Source: Octopus bimaculoides (taxonomy: Eukaryota). From it: a stretch of DNA of 64,000 bases. Shown in pieces: positions 52,260 through 64,000 of this stretch (its first letter is position 1; each line of letters starts with the position of its first letter). The notes below the pieces were generated by a model. It was not told the DNA's origin. It searched no databases and saw nothing but the letters and a program-made list of their open reading frames with translations. The DNA lies in NCBI RefSeq assembly GCF_001194135.2, contig NC_068984.1, positions 132,330,779 through 132,394,778 of the forward strand. Direction: 5' to 3'. A program made the translations under genes and the position numbers.

Positions 52260-55000
52260 CATCATTTAGTGCCTGTTTTCCATGCTGGCATGGGTTATAT
52301 ATATATATATATATATATATCGGATCTGGTTTGCAAGATTCTTTGTGAATTCATGTAACTCACAAGACAAAGACCCTTCAACTGAGTTGGGGTGTAGTAT
52401 TGAAGGAGCTGGCTGAACGGTTGACCGTTAAGGATATATATATGCAGTATATTCTGTGTTTCCCACAAGTGTGTTTGGAAGGGGTTCTTTGCATATAGAA
52501 TTATAAGCATGCTTTGTTTGTTCACATCTGTTTGTGTACATGAGTGTATGCATACACATTTTAAAATTGTTTAGTGGGAAGAAGACGGGTCACTCAGCCT
52601 GTGTGAGTGGTTACATACCGGCAGGTTGATATGGGTTAATGTTCAGCTTAACTGTTTATGGGGTTAAACTGCTGAGGGTTTGGTTTGTGGGAGAAAGAAT
52701 ACAGCCAAAAGGGCAGTGTTGGTTGTATTAGGCTAGATGGAATATGTGGGAGTAGAGGCAGATGGATCAAGTAGGTTTGCTTGAAGGTGGCAAACAGCTT
52801 GCTGATCTAGAGAAGCAAAAGTCATCACAGTAGTAATAGAAGCGGCAGAGAATCGTGTATCTGTGGGTTAGAGTTTTGTAATACGTGGTGAGTTTTTTAT
52901 CAATCAGTTGGGTGGCCTTATTTTGGATATATATGTGTGTGTGTGCTTAACAGTAGTACTGTTCCCAGATAGTACTTTAGTGTAGGTCTTTGTGTGCATT
53001 GTAAAAAAGTCAGCAGCTGATAAGGGTTGAATATTATTTCATAGCCTGAAGACAAAGCTTAGTCTTTGAAATGTTGTGTGTGTGTGGTTTCACAGAAATG
53101 TGTATATAGTTTTAAATGTACTTTTTTTTTCCAAGTTTCATAATGGCTTTAGTGGTATCCAGGTAAAATAGTCCATGGAGGATGTAGAAGCCTTATATTG
53201 AAGTCGGACATACGCAGTGTGTGTGCTTGTGTGTGTGTGTGTGTCTAGATGTTGATCTGGATCCAGAAGCAATTATAAGATAGCAGAAATCAGTCAGTAA
53301 AATTGTATCTTCCAATTCAATGCAAAATGTAATATGCATTAAAATAACCTAATTTATATCTGTTGGTATCTTTTGCCAAACCACTAAGTTTGGGGGGTGC
53401 AAATGAACCAACACTGGTGGTCAAACAGTGATGAGACAAACACACAAAGATTTACACACACACAGAGCAGGCTTCCACACTTTCATCTACCATGAGGCAC
53501 TGGTCAGCTCAAGGCTTTAGTAAAAAAAACACTCTAGGCGCTATGTAGTGGGACTGAACTTGAAACCATATGGTTGCAAAGAAAGCTTCTTAACCACACA
53601 GCCATGCCTGATATGGTAACTATTCTTTACAGCTGGGTGAAGTAAGGGTTTCTCGTGTGCCCTAAAACAAAACAAAATACTTAAAGCAGATTAGAATCCT
53701 GACCTCTGTGTACACAGCCTGATACTCTCGCTACTCAGTCATTACAGCAGCAGAAAGAAAAATGAATGACAATGACCTAAAATAGTGTAAAAATAACAAG
53801 AAATACAATCTGTTTCAGAAATGATATCCTAACTAGAGGGTGGCATTCTTAACAAAGATAAGAGAAAATTTTTGAGGAAGTTCCTGTTTGATGAAAGAAT
53901 GAATGGAGAACCGGATACAAAATCAATGATAGATCTTTATCCCCGGCATCTCTCGAGTGAAATTTAAACTTAAAGCTAAACAAATATAATTTTGGGTGAA
54001 ATCTAGAAATAACATAAAGGCAAAATTTTATTGTGGAATTACATTGTGGCTTTATGTCTTTTATCCTTTATTTGTTTATCATTAGACTATGGCCATGCTG
54101 GGGTGCCACCTTGAAGAATTTTCAGTTGAATGAATCAACCCCAGTAATTAATATATTTTTTTAAAGCTTGGTGTTTATTCTATTGGCCTCTTTGACTGAA
54201 GGGCTAAAGTACAAGGACATAAACACACCAACACCAGATGTTAAGCGGTGGGGGGTGGAGGACAACACAAAGATACACACACACATATATGATGGGCTTC
54301 TTTCAATTTCCGTCTACCAAATCCACTCACAAGGTTTTGGTTCACCGATGGCTATAGTAGGAGACACTTGCCCAAAGTGCTACACAGTGGGACTGAACCC
54401 GGAACCATGTGGTTGGGAAGCAGATTTCATACCACACAGCCATGCCTGCACCTCATTATGTTGGACTTTTGAACTCTGCACAATTTTTTCTCTCTCCGTT
54501 GTTTTTCATTCTCTCTCCATTTTTTTTTTCTTAATCCTTTCTGTTGAAGAGCATAGGCTCGTAATGTAAAGACATTTCCATTCTTCTCAAGTGTTAAACT
54601 AATATACCTGTTGTTCCTGCACTTGTCTTCATCTTTTGGTTTCTGTAAATTTGAATTTATATATATATATATATNNNNNNNNNNNNNNNNNNNNNNNNNN
54701 NNNNNNNNNNNNNNNNNNNNNNNNNNNNNNNNNNNNNNNNNNNNNNNNNNNNNNNNNNNNNNNNNNNNNNNNNNNNNNNNNNNNNNNNNNNNNNNNNNNN
54801 NNNNNNNNNNNNNNNNNNNNNNNNNNNNNNNNNNNNNNNNNNNNNNNNNNNNNNNNNNNNNNNNNNAAAAATGCTTAATTGTTTTTATTATAACTCGACA
54901 TAAAAACATTTATATTTGTGTGTATGTGTAAAATAGTTTTTTTTGCCAAAGAATAATGTTAATTTGTTTTCATCATAATTCATCATAAAAACCAACATTA

Positions 55001-55055
<55 letters not shown>

Positions 55056-56065
55056 CATAAAACAGTTTTTGCTTAAGAAGGTCTATCTTTTATCAGAGCA
55101 CATCTGAATCATGTGTGTGTGTGGGTACAGGCTTTAAGAATACAATTCATTGTGTGTTGGAATTACAAAACCCACATGATATAAACATTACAGCTGGTCA
55201 TGTCTGATGTTATATGAGTCTACATTCAGCTATGTATAAAACTTGCCCATTCATACTAATATAGAAAAAGAACAAAGAGAGAAAAGTATGATATTATTAA
55301 TAATATTAATAACACTTTATAGTTGGACTCCAGTTATTCTCCGCCCATATTTCTCTTTGGAAATGTATTGAAAATATGAGTCGAAACTTTATCTTAAACC
55401 AGTTTTAAAGTAAAATTAGGAAAGACACAAGCATGGTTGTGTGGTTATAAAGCTTGCTTTGCGACTGCATGGTTTGGGGTTCAGTTCCACTGTGTAGTAC
55501 CTTGGGCAGGTGTCTTCTATTATAGCCACAGGCCAGCCAACACTTTGTGAATGAATTTAGTAAGTGGAAACTGTGTAGAAGTTCAAATTTATATGTATGT
55601 GTGTGTATATATATGAGACAGGTTGTGTTTGTATTTTTGGATCCGTGTTTTATCCCCACTCCCCTATTTGGTAGCCAATGTCAGTTTATCTTTTATATTT
55701 TACTGGTTTCAACCATTAGAATGTGGCCATGCTGGGGCACCAGGTTGAAGAATTTTTATTGAATGAATCAACCTCAATACTTTTTTTAAAAGAAAAAAAT
55801 CCTGGTACTTATTCTATTGGTCTCTTTTGCCAAACTGCCAAGTTATGGCGATGTACATGTAATGTAGGAGTTCAGCTGAAGAGACTGATGGAATAAGTAC
55901 CAGAATTTAAAAGTTAAGTACATCGGTCAATCTGTTTGAGTAAAACCCTTCAAGGTGATACCCCAGCATGGCCATAATTCAATGATGAAATAAATAGAAA
56001 ATAAAGGCAAATGCTGTAAATTTTTGTGTACAGTTTGGTGCAGCTAATGTTGAGCAGAAGTAGCT

Positions 56066-56567
56066 AAGTAAAATTCAAATGGGCCATATCAAGCCCAAAT
56101 ATTCTACCTGTTTTAAGTTCAAACTGACAAGATCTGGCTTCCTACACTTACCCTACAATGTCATTCTAGGAATATACAATCACATCATTGAAATCTCAAA
56201 TCTAAGAGATAAGGCTTGGTTTATTGAAAACAATGTGAATATTTGACAGTAATCTAAACACTAAAAGGTCAAAGTCTTAGGACCAACCTAAAGGTTGACA
56301 ACCTTGAATATGTGAGTACTTGGGTCAGTTTTAGCTCACAGCTGTTGGCCAGTGATATAACTGTAGACATGCTGTCTTCAGCAATAAGACTTGAAACATC
56401 TGTTTCTGTTAATCCTTTAGCATTTAAACTAGCCATATTCGGCCTAAATAAATACACAATCACATCATAGAAATTTTGAATCTATGAGATAATGTATGAT
56501 TAAATCAAAACAATGTGAATAAGTAAGTATTACATTTGCTAAGATAATCTGAATGCTAAAGCTTTAA
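56066..56567. mobile_element. Two degraded P2 MITE copies (about 56066-56260 and 56413-56563)
   Basis: Shared CAATCACATCAT..GAAAT...GAGATAA...AAAACAATGTGAATA interior. The second copy is TTAA-TCCTTTAGCATT ... AATGCTAAAGCT-TTAA. Confidence 0.7.
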
Positions 56568-57499
56568 AGATAATTTGGTATTTTTTTAAGGAATTTCACT
56601 GAACTGATTACATGTAATTGCCTTAATTCTTGTCTATACGAGAAGTAGAACGACCTACTGGATACGATAGTGGCAGGCTAGATAATGGATGAGGCACTTT
56701 AGACAACAGGTTCTGAATTCAAGTCTAATGCACAGCACTATTCTGCAATTACTTCAGTTCATCTAGTTATCAGCAATAGATGCTATATTGCCAAGGAATG
56801 ATAGCTATGATGGACTGATCTTTTACTTTAGGGGAAGGTTTATCTCATCTACTTCACATCCTGAAACCAGAGCTAAGTACTGACCCTTAAGAGACTCTCA
56901 GAATTAAAGTGGTATTTACATTTTTTTTGCTAGATTACCACTCCATGAAGTCCTCAGTTGAATTCAAGTTCATATTTTGTTGCATATTGTAAGCAGTGAA
57001 CTCAGCAATTCTACATAAGGTGCAGGCATAGCTGTGTGGTTAAGTAGCTTGCTTTACAGTCACGTAGTTTCAAGTTCGGTCCTGTTGTGTGGCACCTTGA
57101 GCAAGTGTCATTCTACTGTAGCCCAGGCCAACCAATGCCTTGTGAGTGAATTTGGTAGGCAGAAACTGCATGGAAGTGCATGTGTGTGTTGTGTATGTCC
57201 TTTCAGTCTGTGTTTGTAACCATACTACTTGGCAATCAGTGTTGGTTTGTTTATGTTCCTGTAACTTAGCAGTTTGGTGAAAGTGATCAATACCTCTTGT
57301 GCACATTTTTTGAGATGGTGTAGTATGATCTGGGTTGGGGTGGGTTCAAGTAACCTTATAGATGGTCTCATTGTTAGCTCTTTTGCATGCATGTGTGTAG
57401 TGTTGGTGCTTGTGGTATTGTGCGGCTAGTCGGGGTGCATTATGTTAGTGTGTGATGGTGTGTTACTTAGCAATTATTAATTTGTGTCACATTTACATC

Positions 57500-57800
57500 A
57501 TCATTATCATCCTCATTTAGCATCTGCTTTCCATGCTGGCATGGATTAAACGGTTTGACTGAAACTGGTAAGCTGGAGAGCTGCACCAGTTCCAGTCTGA
57601 TCTGGTTTGGTTTCTACAGCTGGATGCCCTTCCTAATGCCAACTACTCCAAGAATGTAATGGGTGCTTTTTATATGCCACCGGCATGGGTGCCAGTTACA
57701 TGAAACCAACATCAGCCACAACTTGGTTTGACAGGTCTTCTCAAGCACAGCATATCGCCAAAGGTCTTGGTCACTTATCACCTCCATGAGGCCCAATGTT
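57500..57800 (-). mobile_element. RTE LINE 3' terminus with 3' UTR and (GAT)n tail
   Basis: SDQDLWRYAVLEKTCQTK C-terminus, then a UTR ending CCATGCCAGCATGGAAAGCAGATGCTAAATGAGGATGAT. Confidence 0.7.
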
Positions 57801-58132
57801 TATAGGGTGCTTTTTACATTCCACTGGCACAGGTGTGCCTGTTATGTGATACCAGCATGTAAATATATACATACATACTCACAGTGCATACCTTGCGCAT
57901 GCACAAAATATATTTGTAAGTATATAAGTTTATCTTTTTGAAGCTTTAATTTGATCATGTATGCTAACATTAGGATATTCAGCATCTCAGGGGTAATAAA
58001 ACGAGTACTAGTTGAGCATTAGGGTCAAATAAATTAACTTGCCCCTCCCTCGAAATTGCTGGTCTTGCCACCAAAATTTGAAAGCAATATTAGGAATTTA
58101 TCTGCGATCTGGCAGAATCATTTGCAAAAAGG

Positions 58133-58555
58133 GCAGCAAGCTGGCAGAAACGTTAGCACGCCGGGCGAAATGCTTAGCGGTATTTCATCTGCCGTTACGT
58201 TCTGAGTTCAAATTCCGCCGAGGTCGATTTTGCCTTTCATCCTTTCGGGGTCGATAAATTAAGTACCAGTTATGCACTGGGGTCGATGTAATCGACTTAA
58301 TCCGTTCGTCTGTTCTTGTTTGTTCCCTCTATGTTTAGCCCCTTGTGGGCAATAACGAAATAGGTATTTCATCTGCTGGTGTTTCGTTCTGAGTTCAAAT
58401 TCTGCTGATGTTGACTTTGCCTTTCATTCTTTTGGGGCTCGATTAAATAAGTACCAGTTACGCACTGGGGTCGATGTAATCGACTTAATCTGTTCGTCTG
58501 CCCTTGTTTGTCCCCCTCTATGTTTAGCCCCTTGTGGGCAATAAAGAAATAAATA
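58133..58555 (+). mobile_element. SINE family N (possibly Nin-type central domain) with an internal tandem duplication
   Basis: GCCTTTCATCCTTTCGGGGTCGATAAATTAAGTACCAG core. The ~185-bp body occurs twice in tandem (about 58178-58361 and 58362-58550). Decayed relatives at about 10020-10180, 11110-11200, 17850-18010, 36330-36500, 43730-44250. Confidence 0.7.
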
Positions 58556-58915
58556 TTAAGAATTGATGAAGTTGCTAATGTGCAGTGTTTCTAATTACTG
58601 CTTATGCTTCTCTATTTGCGCTTCGTTATGTTTTATTGCAATTGCTTAGTTTTGATTGGAGTAAAAATGTACCAAGTTTCATTTTACCATGAGAAGTCAT
58701 CTGTGTAAAGAGACATTTGTACAGGCAAAAGAGGCAGATGTTGTTATTGCTTAACCTCAGGTCTTGATCCAGTAGATCTGTGATCAAATGCATTCCAACC
58801 ATGATGATCTTGTCTTCGTTTCAGATATAGTGAAGATTTGTTTTACATTTGTTATCTGAGAACTATTCTGATTATTGGCATCAGGTTACTGTTTGCAATC
58901 AGGATACGATCTGGA

Positions 58916-58964
<49 letters not shown>

Positions 58965-59231
58965 GTATATGCATGGTTGGATGGTTAAGAAGTTTGATTC
59001 TCAACTACATGGTTTTGTGTTCAGTCCCACTGTATGGCACCACGGAGGAGTGTCTTGTATAGCCTTGGGCCTAGAAAATAAAAGAAGCTCATAATGTGAG
59101 TGTGTGTGTTAGTGATTCCTTCTCTTGAAATCACATCAAAAGTGCTGAGCTACAGGTTTTGTCTACTGAGGATGTAAACATAACCTCACCATTTTGTTCA
59201 ATGTTATGGAAAGACATTGAATGTAAACTTT

Positions 59232-59268
<37 letters not shown>

Positions 59269-59824
59269 CCTCTCTTTCACTCCCTTTCTCTCCCTTTTCC
59301 TCTCTCTTTCTCACTCCCACACATGCATTCACAAACTATTGAAATCAGTTGTATATTTCTGATTCATAGTTAACAACTCTTGCTGAAAGAGATGGTTTAA
59401 TAGTAATTTGTGGGTGTGGAGTTGCATGCTTTTTCTGTGTGTGTGTGTGTTTTAATTTAACAATACAGAAGTATTGTTAAACTGAGGGAAACAAAGGTTT
59501 GTTTGTTTTTGAGCATTTTAAAATGGGAATGAAATTTGGACATATTGATGTTACAAAAGACATATTGATGTTAGAAAAACAAAGAAAATCCTTGAGTGAG
59601 TAAAAAATTTAATAGAGTAATCTTATTCGTTTATAGATGCATGGTACTTGAAAGTAAAAATTGTAGTATATCAGTGACAAATAAAAAAAAGAATAATGGA
59701 ATTGATTCAGTGAGTAAAAGTGGTAATCTCTTCGTGGTTAGATTTGAAGAGAACCATGGGAAAAGTATCCATGCTGAAAATACATTTGTTATATTAAACA
59801 TTTTTGAAAGGGGTACACATTTAA

Positions 59825-60042
59825 CCCATTCGTTACTGTATTTATTTTGAGATGCTCTGTGTTTCTTGCAGTTAATTTTAAATATAAGAAAGAATTTAGC
59901 AAAATTAGTTATCATTAAGCTAGTGTTAGGAACATAAATTGTGACTAAGGTTTGGTGGAAGATTTTAATTCAAAACTTATGAAAGCAAGACATTAGTACT
60001 ACAGAGCAAGAGGTGGTTTCAGCTGGGTTGGTATCAAAAGGA
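59825..60042. mobile_element. piggyBac-type MITE, family P1, inverted relative to the 37724 copy
   Basis: TTAA-CCCATTCGTTAC ... GTATCAAAAGGA-TTAA. Internal sequence is the reverse complement of 37724-37933. Confidence 0.85.
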
Positions 60043-60625
60043 TTAAATCTTCTGAAAGTTTGCAGGCATGGTTACGTGGTTAAGAAGCTCAGTTTTCAAC
60101 CATGTGGTTTCAGGTTCAGTCCCACTTAGTGGTACCTTGGGCAAGTATCTTCTACTTATAGTAGATTTCAAAACAATTTATAATGGTCGTGTAGTTAAGA
60201 AGCTTGCTTTATCACCTTGTGTTTTCTGGTTCAATCCCACTGTGCAGCACCTTAAGCAAGTGTTTATTATAGCCTCTGGCTGACCAATGTTTCATGAGTG
60301 AATTTGGTAAACAGAAACTGTGGATGTTATATGTGTATATATGTAGGCATGTTTGTGTTTGTTCTCTCAGCACTGCTTGACAACCAGTGTTGGTTTGCTA
60401 ACATCCCAGTGACTTAGTGGTTCAACAAAAGAGACTGATAGAATAAGTGCCAAACTTGAAAATAAATATTGGGGTTGATTTGTTCCAAGGTACTGCTCCA
60501 GAATGATTAAAGTCCAGTGACTAGAATAAGTAAAAGATAAATGCAAAAATGAAGTTAATAAAAAGTGTGTGTGCATGTGCGCCTGTAATACACACCCTCA
60601 CGCACACACACACATCAGTATTTAA

Positions 60626-60847
60626 CCTTTTCGCATTCAGATTTCTCTGTCAAATGTAATACATATTTACACACACTGTTTTGAATTTAATCCTGCATTA
60701 TCACCTATCTTCAATACTTTGACGATATGATAATTTATCTTCAGAACGATATAGTGGTGTAGGTGGCTGAAACTGAACCTGGTCAATTTGAACATAAAAC
60801 AGGTGGAATATCTGGGCCGGATATGGCTGGTTTCAAATGCTAAAGGG
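60626..60847. mobile_element. piggyBac-type MITE, family P2, inverted copy
   Basis: TTAA-CCTTTTCGCATTCAG ... AAATGCTAAAGGG-TTAA. Interior is the reverse complement of the 16791 copy. Confidence 0.82.
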
Positions 60848-61864
60848 TTAAAGTAGAACAGAAGTTATCATATCTGATGCAACTCAATCTTTCAGTTGTC
60901 TTACAAAGAAGCTGTTTATTTGGTTAAGTTTCTACAAATTACTTAAAATAAAACTGGCACATTTTAAAGCGTGTTAAGTTTATTACATGGTCAAATCAAA
61001 TTAATTGTGTATATATGTGTGTGTAAGCTACCATTTTTATTGATAACCATTAGAATTATCTGGACAGTGGAGTTATAAATATTTTTTTTAAATGCTATAC
61101 CTCACCATTATATAATGGCATAAAGGGAAAATTGGAAATAATACATTGGAATAAAAGCTACAAAGAAGATTGAGATGATGATGGTGGCGGTGGTGGTGGT
61201 GGTGTGTGTGTGTGTATAAAGAACAGTTACTAACTGGAGAAAGAAGGTATATCATAAGCCTAGAAATATCAAAAGATACACAGAAGTAAAACTGATGAAG
61301 AATTTTGAATAATTTAAAGGTGTACAACCCCTAAATTTGATTAAATAATGTTGACAACTATTTGTGTGTGTGTGGTGCAGTAAATAATCTCTAGCATGAA
61401 ATTAATGAAGCAAAATAAAAATAATAAAAACTACCTAAATTTAGTAGTAATTTGACCTTTCTCTCCCTCTACTGAGGAAAGCAAGTTGCTTGATAAGAAG
61501 AGCTAGCTAGGAAGTTCTTTCTATGTTCAAGAACTATGACATAACATTTTAAAAATTATATTCATAAATAAATTAAAAAATATAGCTACATTGTTTTAGA
61601 AATAATACATTTCTAAATCTCACAGAGAGATTTATGCAGTAGTGATACGATGAAGTAGTTGTATGCTGTCAGCTTAATGTGACAGTCCCCTGAAGGGAAT
61701 AATACTACTGTTGTTTAGACCTAGAACTTCTTAATGCTACGGTCATGCATTACCCATGTACACACACACTCACATACCTGACTGTTTTATTGAAATCGTA
61801 CAAATACTGTCCAATGTGTTTTGAGTTTTTAATGTATCAACTTCGTTATCGTCCGGCAGAGTTT

Positions 61865-62042
61865 GGTAATTTTTCAGATTAACACCCGCACGATCTTCAC
61901 TAGGGTGTTAGGGTTAGTGTTTTAGGGTCAGAATTAGGGTTTTAGGGGTTAGGGTTTGGGTTAGGGAATTACGTCCCTTAACCGTAACCCTAACCCTAAC
62001 ACCCTAGTGAAGATCGTGCGGGTGTTAATCTGAAAAATTGCC
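61865..62042. mobile_element. 178-bp MITE with ~50-bp TIRs, opposed telomere-like repeats and an 8-bp TSD
   Basis: GGTAATTTTTCAGATTAACACCCGCACGATCTTCACTAGGGTGTTAGGGTTA at left and its reverse complement at right. TSD CAGAGTTT at 61857-61864 and 62043-62050. Confidence 0.9.
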
Positions 62043-62469
62043 CAGAGTTTGTGTGTGTGTGTGTGTGAAAATAAGAAGGAAGACAAAACAACAACGAGTG
62101 GTGAGGTTAATGAGCGTCACTGACAAGTTAGAAGACAGTTATGTGTGACAAGTGGCAGCATGGAGGGCCACAGAATCACCTTAATACATAACAGCATGAG
62201 GTAAAAGAACATTAAAACAATCGCTATTACCATTTACCACGCACGCTCGCTCGAACGCGCGGCTGAGTTTTTGATCATAAATCTTCGAAGCACAGTAAAC
62301 ATAACATAACGAAGAACAAAGTCTTATGGAATGTAAGGCCGCCCGACCGCACGTGAAATTAATTCGAATTATGTGTGCCATTATCGTAAATATGTTTACA
62401 CGCAAGCATGCATATCTTTACAGTAAACATGGTTATATAATCTTATGGTATTTCATTTTGCTTTTTTAG

Positions 62470-62549
62470 ACGGCGAACATCACTTTGTTAACTTGGATGA
62501 AAAAATTCACAAACAAGCGACAAAAGGATGGAAGTCTGGACGAGGGGAG
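62470..62549 (+). CDS. ex: Coding exon of expanded/FRMD6-like gene ((D)GEHHFVNLDEKIHKQATKGWKSGRGE), missed by the ORF track
   Basis: Acceptor CTTTTTTAG|AC completes G+AC=Asp across a 20,850-nt intron. 80 nt. Donor GAG|GTAAGC, phase 0. Aligns by eye with the Expanded-type DGEyxFxxxxxKlxKxxxKxW segment. Confidence 0.88.
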
Positions 62550-63268
62550 GTAAGCGATGATTGACTTCTCAGAAGCTTATTTCTAAAATGAGAAATTTAT
62601 TTCTTATCTGTATTCATATGAATACTAAATATTGGTTCCTTTTAGCAGGTATCACAGTAAATGGTTTCTCACCTTTACCTGGGAGCTTATACATGTTCCC
62701 TTTAGGGAACTTTGGCTCAGTCATACAAGTGGTCTCAACAAATCGCAATGCAGCTGAATATTGCTTCAAGGGAACTACACTTGATCGTCAGCTTCAGTTA
62801 GACCACATGAAATGTTGGCTCAAATTCCCCAAAAGTCAGTGCTGTGATGTTTTTGCACTAAGTATGATATATATGCAACCAGCTAATTGCTTACAAGTGC
62901 TAAAAGACACTTCTTCCAGTAATATACAATGACCAAATGTAGAACAAAAACCAATTCTAGAAACAACTACAACAATAAAAAAAAAAGCTGGTATTTCCTT
63001 ATTTCAGCTCATCAGATGTAAAAATAAAAATGTTAATTATCATCAGATCTCATTATAGACTAATAATTTTCTTTATGTGTTAAGTTATTGTGAGGAAGTA
63101 TGAAGATAACTTTATGGAGACTTGTAGGAAAGTAAACTTGTTGTTTATGATGAGACTTGATGTATATAAACAAGTAGGGTTTTTTTTATGTATTATACTT
63201 TTTTTCTGTTTTTAACTGTTGTTAATTTTTTAATTATGTATTTATTGAATGTCTTTTTGCAATTTCAG

Positions 63269-63348
63269 GGTTTTGATAACAAAGGCAAACCTCTGTTAAT
63301 TGTCTATTTTCGTGTACAATTTTATGTTGATGAAGTTTGCTTATTAAG
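63269..63348 (+). CDS. ex: Coding exon of expanded/FRMD6-like gene (GFDNKGKPLLIVYFRVQFYVDEVCLL)
   Basis: Acceptor TTTCAG|GGT, phase 0. Donor AG|GTAAGC. FRVQFYV is the end of FERM F1. GxDxxGxPLLxxxFRVQFY matches my recollection of Drosophila Expanded and FRMD6. The N-terminal FERM position argues against PTPN13. Orthology is not formally tested. Confidence 0.88.
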
Positions 63349-63652
63349 GTAAGCTACAGAGGTATTCTCTCTCTTCTAAAGTGACTGCTCGTTGTTTTAT
63401 GCATGTATGTGAGGTTCCTTAATGACATTAAGGAACCTCACATATGTAATATTTACTTGAGTTAGATATTTCTGCCCTATCTGCTACATCAGTCATTAGA
63501 CTCTGGCCATGGTGGAGTACTACCTTGAAGAATTTTTGGTCAACTGAATTGCCCCTAGTTTTTATTTTTTTAAAGCCTGCTATTCTATTGGTCTCTTTTG
63601 CCAAACTGCTAAGGAACAGGAACATAAACACACTGGTTGTCAAGTGGTGGTA

Positions 63653-64000
63653 TGTGTTCGCATGGATGATGGTACGCTTGCACTAAATGAGGATGCAAAG
63701 AAAGAGGTCTGGAGATGCTACTTCGATAGATTGCTTAATAAAGAGAATGAATGGGAGAAAGAGAGCCTGCCGTATGTCGACCCAATAGAGGGACCAGCTA
63801 TCCGAGTTGATAGTACCAGGGTAGATAAAGCAATTAAGAGTATGAAGACCGGGAAAGCCCCCGGCCCATCAGGAATCACTGCAGAGATGCTCAAAATATC
63901 TGGCAGTGTTGGCTATAGCCTAGTCACCCGTATTACGAACCAGGTGATACACGAAGGAGTCATACCCAATGACTGGTGTAGCAGCATCATAGTCAACTGC
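63653..64000 (+). mobile_element. Young, 5'-truncated RTE-type LINE ORF running off the window
   Basis: 116 uninterrupted codons: CVRMDDGTLALNEDAKKEVWRCYFDRLLNKENEW...AIKSMKTGKAPGPSGITAEMLK...GVIPNDWCSSIIVNC. KAPGPxGI and IPxDWxxSIIV are the non-LTR motifs just before the RT core. CpGs are retained. Confidence 0.9.

Noticed and set aside
61925-62000. Telomere-telomere fusion site
   Set aside because: The opposed repeats are short, degenerate and enclosed by TIRs and an 8-bp TSD, so they belong to a transposon.

Overview
AT-rich, repeat-dense animal genomic DNA with five N-gaps. The SINE families and microsatellite density look like a coleoid cephalopod, probably Octopus; that is an inference from remembered repeat families, not a database match. 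The only host gene I can support is the 5' part of a + strand FERM-domain gene most similar to Hippo-pathway expanded/FRMD6. Four coding exons (35086-35178, 41529-41619, 62470-62549, 63269-63348) have canonical GT-AG sites and compatible phases. They splice to MSLLNGSGSPKKRKVVQVILLSGAEFKTYVD|VKAKFHEVFNAVVIQLGLRETEYFGLSLLK|DGEHHFVNLDEKIHKQATKGWKSGRGE|GFDNKGKPLLIVYFRVQFYVDEVCLL, and the gene continues past the window. The rest is upstream or intronic sequence filled with a dead mariner, RTE-type LINE pieces (one young, open-frame piece at the right edge), several modular tRNA-derived SINE families, TTAA-flanked MITEs, a foldback hairpin, mini- and microsatellites. Most ORF-track entries are microsatellite or repeat artefacts. 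The best candidates for a second look are: a tRNA-headed SINE carrying a Penelope-type minimal hammerhead ribozyme motif (about 8400-8628); a small MITE with an 8-bp TSD built around opposed telomeric repeats; a CpG-retaining intragenic island with a TEAD site just before exon 62470; an ATGTAATG double-uORF switch at the start codon; and head/tail shuffling among SINEs.
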